This document shows, piece by piece, positions 1-13,440 of a stretch of DNA of 64,000 nt. A model generated the notes under the pieces. It was not told the origin of the DNA. It did not search any database and saw only the letters and a list, made by a program, of their open reading frames with translations. The position numbers were made by a program, and so were the translations under genes. The stretch covers positions 37,696,001-37,760,000 of the forward strand of contig OZ024755.1 in assembly GCA_964016885.1 (NCBI GenBank). Reading direction: 5' to 3'. How positions within the stretch are numbered: position 1 is the first letter of the stretch; each line of letters begins with the position of its first letter. The DNA is from Eledone cirrhosa. Its lineage: Eukaryota.

Positions 1-375
1 CTCCCAGTCCACACTGTAAAGGTGGTCGTGTAGAGACACAGTAAAAAGGCTCCCAGTCCACACTGTAAAGGTGGTTGTGTAGGAGACACGGTAAAAAGGT
101 TCCCAGTCCACACTGTAAGGTGGTCGTGTAGGAGACACAGTAAAAAGGCTCCCAGTCCACACTGTAAAGGTGGTCGTGTAGAGACACAGTAAAAAGGCTC
201 CCAGTCCACACTGTAAGGTGGTCGTGTAGGAGACACGGTAAAAAGGCTCCCAGTCCACACTGTATGGTGGTCATGTAGGAGACACGGTAAAAAGACTCCC
301 AGTTCACACTGTAAAGTGGTCATGTAGGAGACACAGTAAAAAGGCTCCCAGTCCACACTGTAAAGGTGGTTGGTG
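1..375 (+). repeat. ~49-50 bp minisatellite expanded from a SINE-internal module, running into the SINE 3' tail (to ~525)
   Basis: About 7.5 tandem copies of ctcccagtccacactgtaaaggtggtcgtgtag(g)agacacagtaaaaagg, followed by ggttggtgttaggaagggcatccagc ... gacgttaaacaatgatgatgat as in the SINE tails elsewhere in the window. Confidence 0.9.
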
Positions 376-689
376 TTAGGAAGGGCATCCAGCCGTAAAA
401 AACCTGCAGAGAGACACTTCCATACAAGCAAGACACGGTCTTCCGACCAATCCTGCATAAAATGGAACAAAATCGTCTAATCCTTGCTAGTGTGGAAGAT
501 TGACGTTAAACAATGATGATGATGATCCTGTCGAGGTTAACTTTGCTTTTCATCCTTATGGGGTCGATAAAATAAAGTACCAGTAATGTACTGGGATAAT
601 TGCTGGCCTTGTGCCAAAAGTAGAAACAATTATTAAACATCCATTTTCATTGTTAGCATGGGTTGGACATATGATATATATTCTTTTAC

Positions 690-698
690 TGTGTGTGT

Positions 699-766
<68 letters not shown>

Positions 767-797
767 GCGCGCGTGTGCGCGCGTGCGCGCGTGCGTG
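690..797. repeat. (TG)n/(CG)n microsatellite
   Basis: Direct reading. Confidence 0.95.
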
Positions 798-1405
798 AGG
801 CTACAGTATAGTACTTCACTATTTTCATTGATATGATGAGATAAGTTCAATGTACTTTACCATCCTCTGTTCTTCAGGAGTGAGAAAAGAAACTGGATGA
901 ATTAAGGGCAGTTCAGGTAGCAGAGCATTTACAATTCAAATATTGAGAAAGCCAAGGAAAGGATATATAGATGTGTGTGGGGAAGGAGGGATTTGTAGGT
1001 AGTGTATGCATTGTCTATGAGATATGACATGAGGTTTGTGTGTGTGGTATGTTGTATATGCAGGTGTGTATGAAACTGGTATTCAGTGTGTATATGGTGT
1101 CAGTATAAGACAACAAGAGATCTCACCTCCCGTCTGCTTTCCACTCCAGCGAACTACTCATTGGTCACTTCATTTGTGGGTATACATAGCACATGGTTGA
1201 GTGAACATCTGCAGTTTTAGGCCGATGATATTTCATAGGTTACTCAACCTGGTCCTTTCCATGGACTCTTCATTCATAATGTGGCCAAAGCAGAGGAATT
1301 TTAAGTATAGTCCTAAAGCAATGTCTGTGGGTGACATCTGAAGTCCTTTTTTCATGTCTCCTAAGTGGTTGTTGGCCTGATGGTTGATCCATACAGATGG
1401 AGTGC

Positions 1406-4400
1406 CTTGGTTGATGGAAAGGTTTTGTGATTTGTGGAAAGTCTTGGTTGATGGAAAGGTTTTGTGATTTGTGGAATGTCTTGGTTGATGGAAAGGTTTT
1501 GTGATTTGTGGAGTAACTTGGTTAATGGAAAGGTTTTGTGATTTGTAGAGTAACTTGGTTAATGGAAAGGTTTTGTGATTCGTGGAAAGTTTTGGGTGAT
1601 GGAAAGGTTTTGTGATTTGTGGAAAGTCTTGGTTGATGGAAAGGTTTTGTGATTTGTGGAGTGTCTTGGTTGATGGAAAGGTTTTGTGATTTGTAGAGTA
1701 ACTTGGTTAATGGAAAGGTTTTGTGATTTGTGGAAAGTTTTGGGTGATGGAAAGGTTTTGTGATTTGTGGAAAGTCTTGGTTGATGGAAAGGTTTTGTGA
1801 TTTGTGGAGTGTCTTGGTTGATGGAAAGGTTTTGTGATTTGTGGAAAGTCTTGGTTGATGGAAAGGTTTTGTGATTTGTGGAGTGTCTTGGTTGATGGAA
1901 AAGTTTTGTGATTTGTAGAGTAACTTGGTTGATGGAAAGGTTTTGTGATTTGTAGAGTAACTTGGTTGATGGAAAGGTTTTGTGATTTGTGGAAAGTCTT
2001 GGTTGATGGAAAGGTTTTGTGATTTGTGGACAGTCTTGGGTGATGGAAAGGCTTTGTGATTTGTGGAAAGTCTTGGTTGATGGAAAGGTTTTGTGATTTG
2101 TGGAATGTCTTGGTTGATGGAAAGGTTTTGTGATTTGTAGAGTAACTTGGTTGATGGAAAGGTTTTGTGATTTGTAGAGTAACTTGGTTGATGGAAAGGT
2201 TTTGTGATTTGTGGAAAGCCTTGGTTGATGGAAAGGTTTTGTGATTTGTGGAATGTCTTGGGTGATGGAAAGGTTTTGTGATTTGTGGAATGTCTTGGGT
2301 GATGGAAAGGTTTTGTGATTTGTAGACTAACTTGGTTGATGGAAAGGTTTTGTGATTTGTGGAAAGTCTTGGTTGATGGAAAGGTTTTGTGATTTGTGGA
2401 ATGTCTTGGGTGATGGAAAGGTTTTGTGATTTGTGGAATGTCTTGGGTGATGGAAAGGTTTTGTGATTTGTAGAGTAACTTGGTTGATGGAAAGGTTTTG
2501 TGATTTGTAGAGTAACTTGGTTGATGGAAAGGTTTTGTGATTTGTGGAAAGTCTTGGTTGATGGAAAGGTTTCGTGATTTGTGGAATGTCTTGGGTGATG
2601 GAAAGGTTTTGTGATTTGTAGAGTAACTTGGTTAATGGAAAGGTTTTGTGATTTGTAGAGTAACTTGGTTGATGGAAAGGTTTTGTGATTTGTAGAGTAA
2701 CTTGGTTGATGGAAAGGTTTTGTGATTTGTAGAGTAACTTGGTTGATGGAAAGGTTTTGTGATTTGTGGAAAGCCTTGGTTGATGGAAAGGTTTTGTGAT
2801 TTGTGGAAAGCCTTGGTTGATGGAAAGGTTTTGTGATTTGTGGAATGTCTTGGGTGATGGAAAGGTTTTGTGATTTGTGGAATGTCTTGGGTGATGGAAA
2901 GGTTTTGTGATTTGTAGACTAACTTGGTTGATGGAAAGGTTTTGTGATTTGTGGAAAGTCTTGGTTGATGGAAAGGTTTTGTGATTTGTGGAATGTCTTG
3001 GGTGATGGAAAGGTTTTGTGATTTGTGGAATGTCTTGGGTGATGGAAAGGTTTTGTGATTTGTAGAGTAACTTGGTTGATGGAAAGGTTTTGTGATTTGT
3101 AGAGTAACTTGGTTGATGGAAAGGTTTTGTGATTTGTGGAAAGTCTTGGTTGATGGAAAGGTTTCGTGATTTGTGGAATGGCTTGGGTGATGGAAAGGTT
3201 TTGTGATTTGTAGAGTAACTTGGTTAATGGAAAGGTTTTGTGATTTGTAGAGTAACTTGGTTGATGGAAAGGTTTTGTGATTTGTAGAGTAACTTGGTTG
3301 ATGGAAAGGTTTTGTGATTTGTAGAGTAACTTGGTTGATGGAAAGGTTTTGTGATTTGTGGAAAGCCTTGGTTGATGGAAAGGTTTTGTGATTTGTGGAA
3401 TGTCTTGGGTGATGGAAAGGTTTTGTGATTTGTGGAATGTCTTGGGTGATGGAAAGGTTTTGTGATTTGTAGACTAACTTGGTTGATGGAAAGGTTTTGT
3501 GATTTGTGGAAAGTCTTGGTTGATGGAAAGGTTTTGTGATTTGTGGAATGTCTTGGGTGATGGAAAGGTTTTGTGATTTGTGGAATGTCTTGGGTGATGG
3601 AAAGGTTTTGTGATTTGTAGAGTAACTTGGTTGATGGAAAGGTTTTGTGATTTGTAGAGTAACTTGGTTGATGGAAAGGTTTTGTGATTTGTGGAAAGTC
3701 TTGGTTGATGGAAAGGTTTCGTGATTTGTGGAATGTCTTGGGTGATGGAAAGGTTTTGTGATTTGTAGAGTAACTTGGTTAATGGAAAGGTTTTGTGATT
3801 TGTAGAGTAACTTGGTTGATGGAAAGGTTTTGTGATTTGTAGAGTAACTTGGTTGATGGAAAGGTTTTGTGATTTGTGGAAAGTCTTGGTTGATGGAAAG
3901 GTTTTGTGATTTGTGGAAAGTCTTGGTTGATGGAAAGGTTTTGTGATTTGTGGAAAGTCTTGGGTGATGGAAAGGTTTTGTGATTTGTGGAATGTCTTGG
4001 GTGATGGAAAGGTTTTGTGATTTGTGGAATGTCTTGGTTGATGGAAAGGTTTTGTGATTTGTAGAGTAACTTGGTTGATGGAAAGGTTTTGTGATTTGTA
4101 GAGTAACTTGGTTGATGGAAAGGTTTTGTGATTTGTAGAGTAACTTGGTTGATGGAAAGGTTTTGTGATTTGTGGAAAGCCTTGGTTGATGGAAAGGTTT
4201 TGTGATTTGTGGAATGTCTTGGGTGATGGAAAGGTTTTGTGATTTGTGGAATGTCTTGGGTGATGGAAAGGTTTTGTGATTTGTAGACTAACTTGGTTGA
4301 TGGAAAGGTTTTGTGATTTGTGGAAAGTCTTGGTTGATGGAAAGGTTTTGTGATTTGTGGCAAGTCTTGGTTGATGGAAAGGTTTTGTGATTTGTGGAAT

Positions 4401-4696
4401 GTCTTGGGTGATGGAAAGGTTTTGTGATTTGTGGAATGTCTTGGGTGATGGAAAGGTTTTGTGATTTGTAGAGTAACTTGGTTGATGGAAAGGTTTTGTG
4501 ATTTGTGGAAAGTCTTGGCTGATGGAAAGGCTTTGTGATTTGTGGAAAGTCTTGGTTGATGGAAAGGTTTTGTGATTTGTGGAATGTCTTGGGTGATGGA
4601 AAGGTTTTGTGATTTGTGGAAAGTCTTGGTTGATGGAAAGGTTTTGTGATTTGTGGAAAGTCTTGGTTGATGGAAAGGTTTTGTCATTTGTGGAAT
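1406..4696. repeat. 37-bp minisatellite, ~89 copies, with higher-order structure
   Basis: Unit cttggttgatggaaaggttttgtgatttgtggaaagt; starts at 1406 and 1443; variants aatgt/agagtaa/agactaa. Confidence 0.97.
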
Positions 4697-5904
4697 GCCT
4701 AAAATGAAGAGATGAATGCAACATGGCTGAATGGTTAAGAATTTCACTTCATTGTCATGAGGTCTTGGGCTTTGACCTGTTGCATGGTATCTAGGGCAAG
4801 TATCTTTACTATAGTCCCAGAATACTGGGAGTGAAATTGGGTAGATAGAAACTGTTTAAAAATCTGTCAGATGGACTGTACCTGTAATTCATCAGGGTGA
4901 GCCTTGTTACATACTGTCCTGCTGAATCTTCCTGAGAATTACATTAAGGGTACATACATATGTGGACTATACAGTTACTTACACAGTAATGTTAATTTAA
5001 GGGGTATGCTATTCTGTTGATCAAACAATAGAAATATCAATTGTCAAAACAGAGATCCATTTTTAAAATTTTATTTACACTGAAACAAGCAAGTGTTGTG
5101 TGTGCATATACATACAAGTATAGATATGACTACAACTACTTTGGTATTAGCATTAGAGCATTGTATAGCAGCATTTCAGAGTTATTACTTTTCATCATCA
5201 GTCGCTTAAAGTCATAGATTTTAGTTAGCAAACTGTTCTTGCTAAAGGCTTATTTACACATTCCTTTAGATATTGTGCAAGCTTAACTGGTTAGTATTAA
5301 TTTTGATTATCTTTATCATAATGTGTCAACAATTTATAGGAGATTGGTATTAGTCAACTGGATGCAAAACAGGTATTGAATTTTTATCAACTTCAAAGAG
5401 ATGAAAGGCGAAGCTTAAGTAATAAAGATCTATTTGATTGCAACGAGAGCATAAAACTGAATACGATATTACATTAGAATACTTTGAAAAAATAAATTAC
5501 TTAGACGGCAGACATAGGGAAACACAAGCAGGGGGTTAACTTTGCCTTTCATCCTTTCGGGGTCGATAAAATAAAGTACCAGTAATGTACTGGGTAATTG
5601 CTGGCCTTGTGCCAAAAGTAGAAACAATTATTATTATACATACTTGGCAACATTCTATATGACTTTTATATCAAAGTGAAAGTAAAATCTAATGAAAATG
5701 ACGAATATATCGAATATATCCAACATGTTATGATGACAAATATATCCAACATGTGATGATGGCCAAATCAGTTTTATTGCATTTAATTACGTATTTTCCC
5801 TCTTTAATTACAATCATTTAATCAACATATTCAGTGTATTGGATCTGGGTCATAGCCCAAGTCGCTCAGGTATTATGGGCCTCCTCTGGCATTCCAATCC
5901 TACT

Positions 5905-6125
5905 ACAGCTAAATATATTGGTTTCTTATATAGGCACATGGCCAGCAATTTTGGGGGGAGGGAAAAATCGATTAAATCGACCCCAGTGCGTGACCAGTAC
6001 TTTACTTTATCGACCCCGTAAGGATGAAAGTCAAAGTTAACCAACCTTGATTTGAACTCAAATCATAAAGGGCCGTAACTCTATGCCGTGAAGCATGTTG
6101 TCTGACGCTCTACCGGCACTGCGAA
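5905..6125 (-). mobile_element. tRNA-derived SINE family A
   Basis: Reverse complement of ggcagtatcggtagag...gagttcaaatccc...ctttcatccttacggggtcgataaaataaagtaccagt; partial copies also at ~528-635, 5533-5632, 14195-14282, 15056-15380, 20705-20960, 21740-22170, 29464-29522, 41385-41540, 49850-49960, 52830-52975. Confidence 0.8.
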
Positions 6126-6318
6126 ATATACTGACAGACTCCTAAGTTTCAGCCTAGTCAATCTTATGGATTGACATTAAAGAGGCTGTTTACCTTCTTT
6201 CTTCTCTGTCCTTCCTCAATGTAATGCAGAGGGAAACATCCTTCAGTCCCTCTGGATGAGTGTTCACACTGGTCAGACTCACTGAGTTATTTTACACTAT
6301 TTGTCACTCCTGATAACA

Positions 6319-6541
6319 TTAACCCATTACCAGTTACATTACTCTATATATACTATTATATTTTCAAGGTAAATGCTTTATCTTGGATAATTATCTCACA
6401 TAATATCGAATCTACGAAATTTTGATGTTATTTATTTTGAGAACAATACATTAACATCAGTATGAACAGCCGGTTGCAGCCAGTTTGAACAGGTGAAAGA
6501 ATTCTGGCTAGATACGGCTGGTTTAAATGCTAAAGGGTTAA
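6319..6541. mobile_element. piggyBac-type MITE (TTAA|CCC...GGG|TTAA)
   Basis: ttaacccatta at the left end, taaagggttaa at the right; body recurs at 45659-46069, ~50060-50370 and 58235-58989. Confidence 0.65.
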
Positions 6542-6599
6542 AAAGGTGATTACATCCTTTCTGTGAGTTCTGGTGCAGAGATTGATGGCCTATGCCCCC

Positions 6600-7655
6600 A
6601 GCATCTTAGTGTCAGCTGGTGAGGTTGGCCTCAAGGTCTTAGAGAATCTTACTTCATTTATTTGAAAGTATCCTCCCCTTGTTCTTTGGTGCTAAACTGT
6701 TTGGCCTTGTGAAGCCCAATGGCAACCTTCACCCCATTGTAGTTGGAAGCACTTTTCAATGGCTCACAGCAAAAGTGATTGTCATTGGTCTCAGGCTGTC
6801 CATCTGCTTAATTTATTTCTATTCAATTGGGATTGCACACCAAACTAGGATGTGAGGCAGCTGCCCTTGCCACAAGAACTTTCACCAATTTGCCCTCGGA
6901 GGTCCCTAAAACTATCTTCAAACTTCATCTCAGGATCAATTCCATCAGAAGTGATGTCACCCTCAGCTCAGTGAAGGAGAGCCTCCCAGAGCTCTACCAC
7001 TTTTCTTGGCAGGCTTATTGGGAACCCTCCTATCTCCTCTTTGGTAACCAATTCTTCCTACCTGCCTCAGGAGTCCAACAAGGCTACCCATTTCAGTTTG
7101 CTGTATTTGAACTGGGAATCAATGACATGACTAAGCTAGGGCTTGACCAGGATTTGAATGTCTGGAATCTTGATCGGGCAAAGGTGATGGTTGAGGAACT
7201 TGGTAGTTGGGGCCTTTTTGTCAAAAGTTCCAAATGTGAGCTCTGGATCCTCAACCACTTAGCTTCACATCAGCTGACAGTAAATGGGTTCACTGAATCT
7301 TACCCCTCCATTTTCAACATAGTGCTCCCGAGGAGTCCTAATTACTGACCAAGCTTTTGAGCTTGCCTTTTTCTCCAAGATGGCAAACCTTGAGCAAGTA
7401 CTCAAAAATACTGATCTAACTGAGTTCCTTTCAATTCTTCTATCAATTCTCAAGTTATTGTGAATGCTCACAATCAGTTCCTCATACTGACTGTTGTTAT
7501 TTCTCCATTTTGACACCCAAATTGTTGGGGAAATTTGAATACTTGGTCAATGTCAGATTTTCTCCAGAGTCATGTGACCAAGGTGCACTACCCAAACGAC
7601 TTGGGGGCCTAGATTTATATAAATGCTTGTTGCCGTCTCTACCCTGTTTGCTCCA
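6600..7655 (+). mobile_element. Degenerate CRE-like non-LTR retrotransposon, RT region
   Basis: Translations GAKLFGLVKPNG..HPIVVG, QLG...GCEAAA, NSIRSD, PELY.F..QAY..PSYLLFG, SGVQQGYP, LNVWNLD, GALPKRLGGL match CRE-clade RT motifs; disabled by frameshifts and substitutions. Confidence 0.8.
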
Positions 7656-10600
7656 CTTCAGTGGAGGGACATCCTCTCCTTTCCAAGATGAAGGTGAGTG
7701 AAGCTCTACTACGGTGGAGGGACATCTTCTCCTTTCCAACATGAAGGTGAGTGAAGCTCTACTATAGTGGAGAGACATCCTCTCCTTTCCAAGATGAAGG
7801 TGAGTGAAGCTCTACTACGGTGGAGGGACATCCTCTCCTTTCCAACATGAAGGTGAGTGAAGCTCTACTACGGTGGAGGGACATCTTCTCCTTTCCAACA
7901 TGAAGGTGAGTGAAGCTCTACTACGGTGGAGGGACATCCTCTCCTTTCCAACATGAAGGTGAGTGAAGCTCTACTACGGTGGAGGGACATCTTCTCCTTT
8001 CCAACATGAAGGTGAGTGAAGCTCTACTACAGTGGAGGGACATCCTCTCTTTTCCAACATGAAGGTGAGTGAAGCTCTACTACGGTGGAGGGACATCTCC
8101 TTTCCAACATGAAGGTGAGTGAAGCTCTACTACGGTGGAGGGACATCCTCTCCTTTCCAACATGAAGGTGAGTGAAGCTCTACTACGGTGGAGGGACATC
8201 CTATACTTTCCAACATGAAGGTGAGTGAAGCTCTACTACAGTGGAGGGACATCTCCTTTCCAACATGAAGGTGAGTGAAGCTCTACTACGGTGGAGGGAC
8301 ATCCTCTCCTTTCCAACATGAAGGTGAGTGAAGCTCTACTACGGTGGAGGGACATCCTATACTTTCCAACATGAAGGTGAGTGAAGCTCTACTACAGTGG
8401 AGGGACATCCTCTCCTTTCCAACATGAAGGTGAGTGAAGCTCTACTACGGTGGAGGGACATCCTCTCCTTTCCAACATGAAGGTGAGTGAAGCTCTACTA
8501 CGGTGGAGGGACATCCTCTCCTTTCCAACATGAAGGTGAGTGAAGCTCTACTACGGTGGAGGGACATCCTCTCCTTTCCAACATGAAGGTGAGTAAAGCT
8601 CTACTACAGTGGAGGGACATCCTCTCCTTTCCAACATGAAGGTGAGTAAAGCCTACTACAGTGGAGGGACATCCTCTCCTTTCCAACATGAAGGTGAGTG
8701 AAGCTCTACTACAGTGGAGGGACATCCTCTCCTTTCCAACATGAAGGTGAGTGAAGCTCTACTACAGTGGAGGGACATCCTCTCCTTTCCAACATGAAGG
8801 TGAGTGAAGCTCTACTACGGTGGAGGGACATCCTCTCCTTTCCAACATGAAGGTGAGTGAAGCTCTACTACGGTGGAGGGACATCTTCTCCTTTCCAACA
8901 TGAAGGTGAGTGAAGCTCTACTACAGTGGAGGGACATCCTCTCTTTTCCAACATGAAGGTGAGTGAAGCTCTACTACGGTGGAGGGACATCTCCTTTCCA
9001 ACATGAAGGTGAGTGAAGCTCTACTACGGTGGAGGGACATCCTCTCCTTTCCAACATGAAGGTGAGTGAAGCTCTACTACGGTGGAGGGACATCCTATAC
9101 TTTCCAACATGAAGGTGAGTGAAGCTCTACTACAGTGGAGGGACATCTCCTTTCCAACATGAAGGTGAGTGAAGCTCTACTACGGTGGAGGGACATCCTC
9201 TCCTTTCCAACATGAAGGTGAGTGAAGCTCTACTACGGTGGAGGGACATCCTATACTTTCCAACATGAAGGTGAGTGAAGCTCTACTACGGTGGAGGGAC
9301 ATCCTACACTTTCCAACATGAAGGTGAGTGAAGCTCTACTACGGTGGAGGGACATCCTCTCCTTTCCAACATGAAGGTGAGTAAAGCCTACTACAGTGGA
9401 GGGACATCCTCTCCTTTCCAACATGAAGGTGAGTGAAGCTCTACTACAGTGGAGGGACATCCTCTCCTTTCGAACATGAAGGTGAGTGAAGCTCTACTAC
9501 AGTGGAGGGACATCCTCTCCTTTCCAACATGAAGGTGAGTGAAGCTCTACTACGGTGGAGGGACATCCTCTCCTTTCCAACATGAAGGTGAGTGAAGCTC
9601 TACTACGGTGGAGGGACATCCTCTCCTTTCCAACATGAAGGTGAGTGAAGCTCTACTACAGTGGAGGGACATCCTCTCCTTTCCAACATGAAGGTGAGTG
9701 AAGCTCTACTACAGTGGAGGGACATCCTCTCCTTTCCAACATGAAGGTGAGTGAAGCTCTACTACAGTGGAGGGACATCCTCTCCTTTCCAACATGAAGG
9801 TGAGTAAAGCCTACTACAGTGGAGGGACATCCTCTCCTTTCCAACATGAAGGTGAGTGAAGCTCTACTACGGTGGAGGGACATCCTCTCCTTTCCAACAT
9901 GAAGGTGAGTAAAGCCTACTACAGTGGAGGGACATCCTCTCCTTTCCAACATGAAGGTGAGTAAAGCCTACTACAGTGGAGGGACATCCTCTCCTTTCCA
10001 ACATGAAGGTGAGTGAAGCTCTACTACAGTGGAGGGACATCCTCTCCTTTCCAACATGAAGGTGAGTAAAGCCTACTACAGTGGAGGGACATCCTCTCCT
10101 TTCCAACATGAAGGTGAGTAAAGCCTACTACAGTGGAGGGACATCCTCTCCTTTCCAACATGAAGGTGAGTAAAGCCTACTACAGTGGAGGGACATCCTC
10201 TCCTTTCCAACATGAAGGTGAGTAAAGCTCTACTACGGTGGAGGGACATCCTCTCCTTTCCAACATGAAGGTGAGTAAAGCCTACTACAGTGGAGGGACA
10301 TCCTCTCCTTTCCAACATGAAGGTGAGTGAAGCTCTACTACAGTGGAGGGACATCCTCTCCTTTCCAACATGAAGGTGAGTAAAGCCTACTACAGTGGAG
10401 GGACATCCTCTCCTTTCCAACATGAAGGTGAGTAAAGCCTACTACAGTGGAGGGACATCCTCTCCTTTCCAACATGAAGGTGAGTAAAGCCTACTACAGT
10501 GGAGGGACATCCTCTCCTTTCCAACATGAAGGTGAGTAAAGCCTACTACAGTGGAGGGACATCCTCTCCTTTCCAACATGAAGGTGAGTAAAGCCTACTA

Positions 10601-11024
10601 CAGTGGAGGGACATCCTCTCCTTTCCAACATGAAGGTGAGTAAAGCCTACTACAGTGGAGGGACATCCTCTCCTTTCCAACATGAAGGTGAGTAAAGCCT
10701 ACTACAGTGGAGGGACATCCTCTCCTTTCCAACATGAAGGTGAGTAAAGCCTACTACAGTGGAGGGACATCCTACACTTTCCAACATGAAGGTGAGTAAA
10801 GCCTACTACAGTGGAGGGACATCCTCTCCTTTCCAACATGAAGGTGAGTAAAGCCTACTACAGTGGAGGGACATCCTCTCCTTTCCAACATGAAGGTGAG
10901 TAAAGCCTACTACAGTGGAGGGACATCCTCTCCTTTCCAACATGAAGGTGAGTAAAGCTCTACTACGGTGGAGGGACATCCTCTCCTTTCCAACATGAAG
11001 GTGAGTAAAGCCTACTTGTGGAGG
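7656..11024. repeat. 53-bp (variants 50/51-bp) minisatellite, ~64 copies, inside the CRE-like element
   Basis: Unit ctactac(g/a)gtggagggacatcctctcctttccaacatgaaggtgagtgaagct. Confidence 0.97.
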
Positions 11025-11720
11025 GAGCTGGGTATGTTAGTTTTAGATGCAGGAGAGATTAATACCAAGAGTCGGAGATAACATACATTCAACTTTCTTT
11101 AATCAATCCACTCATTTTTCAAAGTGCCACTTACTTTCTATGAGTACCAAATTCTTGAGAGATTGAGTTGAGGCTTTTCTCATGGCCAACATATGAGGCC
11201 TACTCAGCCTGGATGCCTGTGGAAGATTTAAATCTCGTTATGACAGGCCCCTTGACTTCATGGGTTTTCACGAATTGTTTTGCCATCTGAACACAGGTCT
11301 TCATACTAAACTAAATAACATTATCAAAGTGAGATCTGCCTAGAGTTAATATCCCCTAAATTCTAGAGCTAGCCAGACTGTCAGAGTTGATGGGTAGAGA
11401 CCAGATAGTCTTACCCCAGGATCCTCGGGTAGACATCTTATTTGAGATGCCACAATTAGCAACTCTTTTGCTTCTGCCCACATCTTGGATGTTGTGACAA
11501 TGGTGTGGGTTACTGCATCCACAGCTGAACAGAATAAAATTCTAAAATACCAGGAATTATTGGCAAACAATTTGTTCCAGCCTGTGGCATTCGAAACATT
11601 TGATGGAGCTTTTATCAACACTGCTCATGGCATACCTTACTCATGTATCAGAGGCTGCTCACGAGGGAGCTTGGTTATTCCAGTGTTTTGACCTGACACA
11701 TGCAGCAATACTGCTTGCCC
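11025..11720 (+). mobile_element. CRE-like element, restriction-like endonuclease (RLE) region and 3' end
   Basis: RVDG*RPDSLT...HLI*DAT, AEQNKILKYQEL.NNLFQPVAFETF and EGAWLFQ resemble the RLE tail of CRE elements. Confidence 0.75.
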
Positions 11721-11877
11721 CAAAATTTTTGTCCCTTGTGATCAGTGCGAATGTCTTCTTTCACTTTTTCTTTCCCTTTTTTATATTAATCATTTAGATA
11801 AATTGTGTTTACTTTCAATTCATGTTTGATGTATGCTAGACATAAAGTAAGAAATTTGTTTATAAAGCCTTCTAATA

Positions 11878-12068
11878 TAATTGTTTCTACATTTGGCACA
11901 AGGCCAGCAATTATCCCAGTGCATTACTGGTACTTTATTTTATCGACCCCGTAAGGATGAAAGGCGAAGTTAAACACGGCGGGATTTGAACTGAGATCAT
12001 AAAGGGCCGTAACTCTATGCTACAAAGCATGGCTTCCGACCCTCTACTGATACTGGCATACCACCACC
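11878..12068 (-). mobile_element. SINE family A, near full length
   Basis: A-box-like ggcagtatcagtagag, B-box gagttcaaatccc, (ATT)n tail. Confidence 0.85.
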
Positions 12069-12829
12069 CTATCATTATTACTGCCAATAATGTTAATGAA
12101 TAATATCATTCAGCATAATGCCATAGATTTTATAGAGGAACACAATATCATTTGTAGAAACATGACCCTGCATCCGATCAGCTGATTTTACTTTCACTTC
12201 AATATAGCTTATAGGAGTTTAGCTTGAGTCATGTTGGTTACATAGTCGTTACATGGTGATATCACCAACAGAATACATATAGCTGTTAAACACATAATCA
12301 TTCTAAATGAAGTGACTTCAGTCTCTTAGCAGTTATCTCTTAAAAAAACGAACGGAATGAATGAATGAATGAATGAATGAATGGATGGATGGATTGTTGT
12401 TAACAGATAGACAGCGACTGTAATTAATTTTCTGTTATATTCAATAAGAAACTATTCCAAGACCTGCATTTGAAATCTGTTTCTTTTCATATATATATGA
12501 ATAACAACTGGATGGCTGGCTGTATATATAGATAGATAAACAGATAGGTAATAGATAGATGTCCCCTTTTCTTGTGCGCCCTTGTGGCTAATAAAGAAAT
12601 AGATAGATAGATATCTTTCTTTATTTGCCACAGGGGTGTACAAAAATGGGACATTACAAGACGTGACGGCGGGGGTTTTACATAAAAATAACTTTAACAT
12701 TAATAAATAACAATAAACATTAATAAATAACAATAAACTGTGACTTCTGGCGTCACGCAGTAATACAGAGTACCCGACCTCCCATGGGTACATGCTGAAG
12801 CATATAAACAATATGCCCCCACACCCCCC

Positions 12830-13097
12830 ACCGCAAGGTGGTCGTGGAGGTGCCACGGCAAAAAAAGCACCCAGCCCACACTGTAAAGTGGACGTGTAGG
12901 CGCCACGAAAAAGCACCCAGCACTCACTGTAAATGAGGTTGGTGTTAGGAAGGGCATCCAGCTGTAGAAATCAAGCCAGATCAGTTCCTGTATGAGCAAG
13001 GCATGGTCAGCCGACCAGACACTGCACACAACAGGACAACCCATCTAACCCATGCTAGCGTGGAAGAACGGACGTAAAACGGTGATGATGATGATGA
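12830..13097 (+). mobile_element. 3' half of SINE family B with two 48-bp modules and (GAT)n tail
   Basis: gtggtcgtggaggtgccacggcaaaaaaagcacccagc...ggtgttaggaagggcatccagc...ggacgtaaaacggtgatgatg. Confidence 0.8.
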
Positions 13098-13099
13098 AA

Positions 13100-13440
13100 C
13101 TATATATAATAGAATAACAATTGAAATCCCCAGTAGGGGGGAACGTTACTGCAGGGTTGTTTTACACCCCGTGGATAGAACAACCCTCAACACCAGGAAC
13201 ACGTTTTGTAGGTGTTCCTGTCTTCCTCAACCTACAGGTTTATATACAGAGAATGAGAAGGCCCATTCACTCTGGCCATTTTTGCCACATTCACCCACCT
13301 TTCAGCGAATTTACCTCTCTCTCCACTCTTACCTTCCTTCTGAAGTGATACTTAAAGAAGGGGATAAGTTGTTGTCCGGAGAGAAAGGTGTTTGCCCTCA
13401 GTCCTTTTAATCTTGTCCACCATATTACCTCTTTCGCCAT
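13100..13440 (-). mobile_element. Probable 3' end of a Tx1/L1-like LINE (partial second copy ~13575-13675)
   Basis: Minus-strand HFRRKVRVERE-type C-terminal translation followed by a 3' UTR segment that recurs at 13575-13675. Confidence 0.45.

Noticed and set aside
3474-4747. 416-aa and 322-aa ORFs
   Set aside because: Translations of the 37-bp satellite cycling through all frames
5163-5205. Minus-strand CTGATGA...GAAA hammerhead-like motif (similar trace at ~36070-36100)
   Set aside because: Stems I and III do not pair or the core is mutated; at most dead relics
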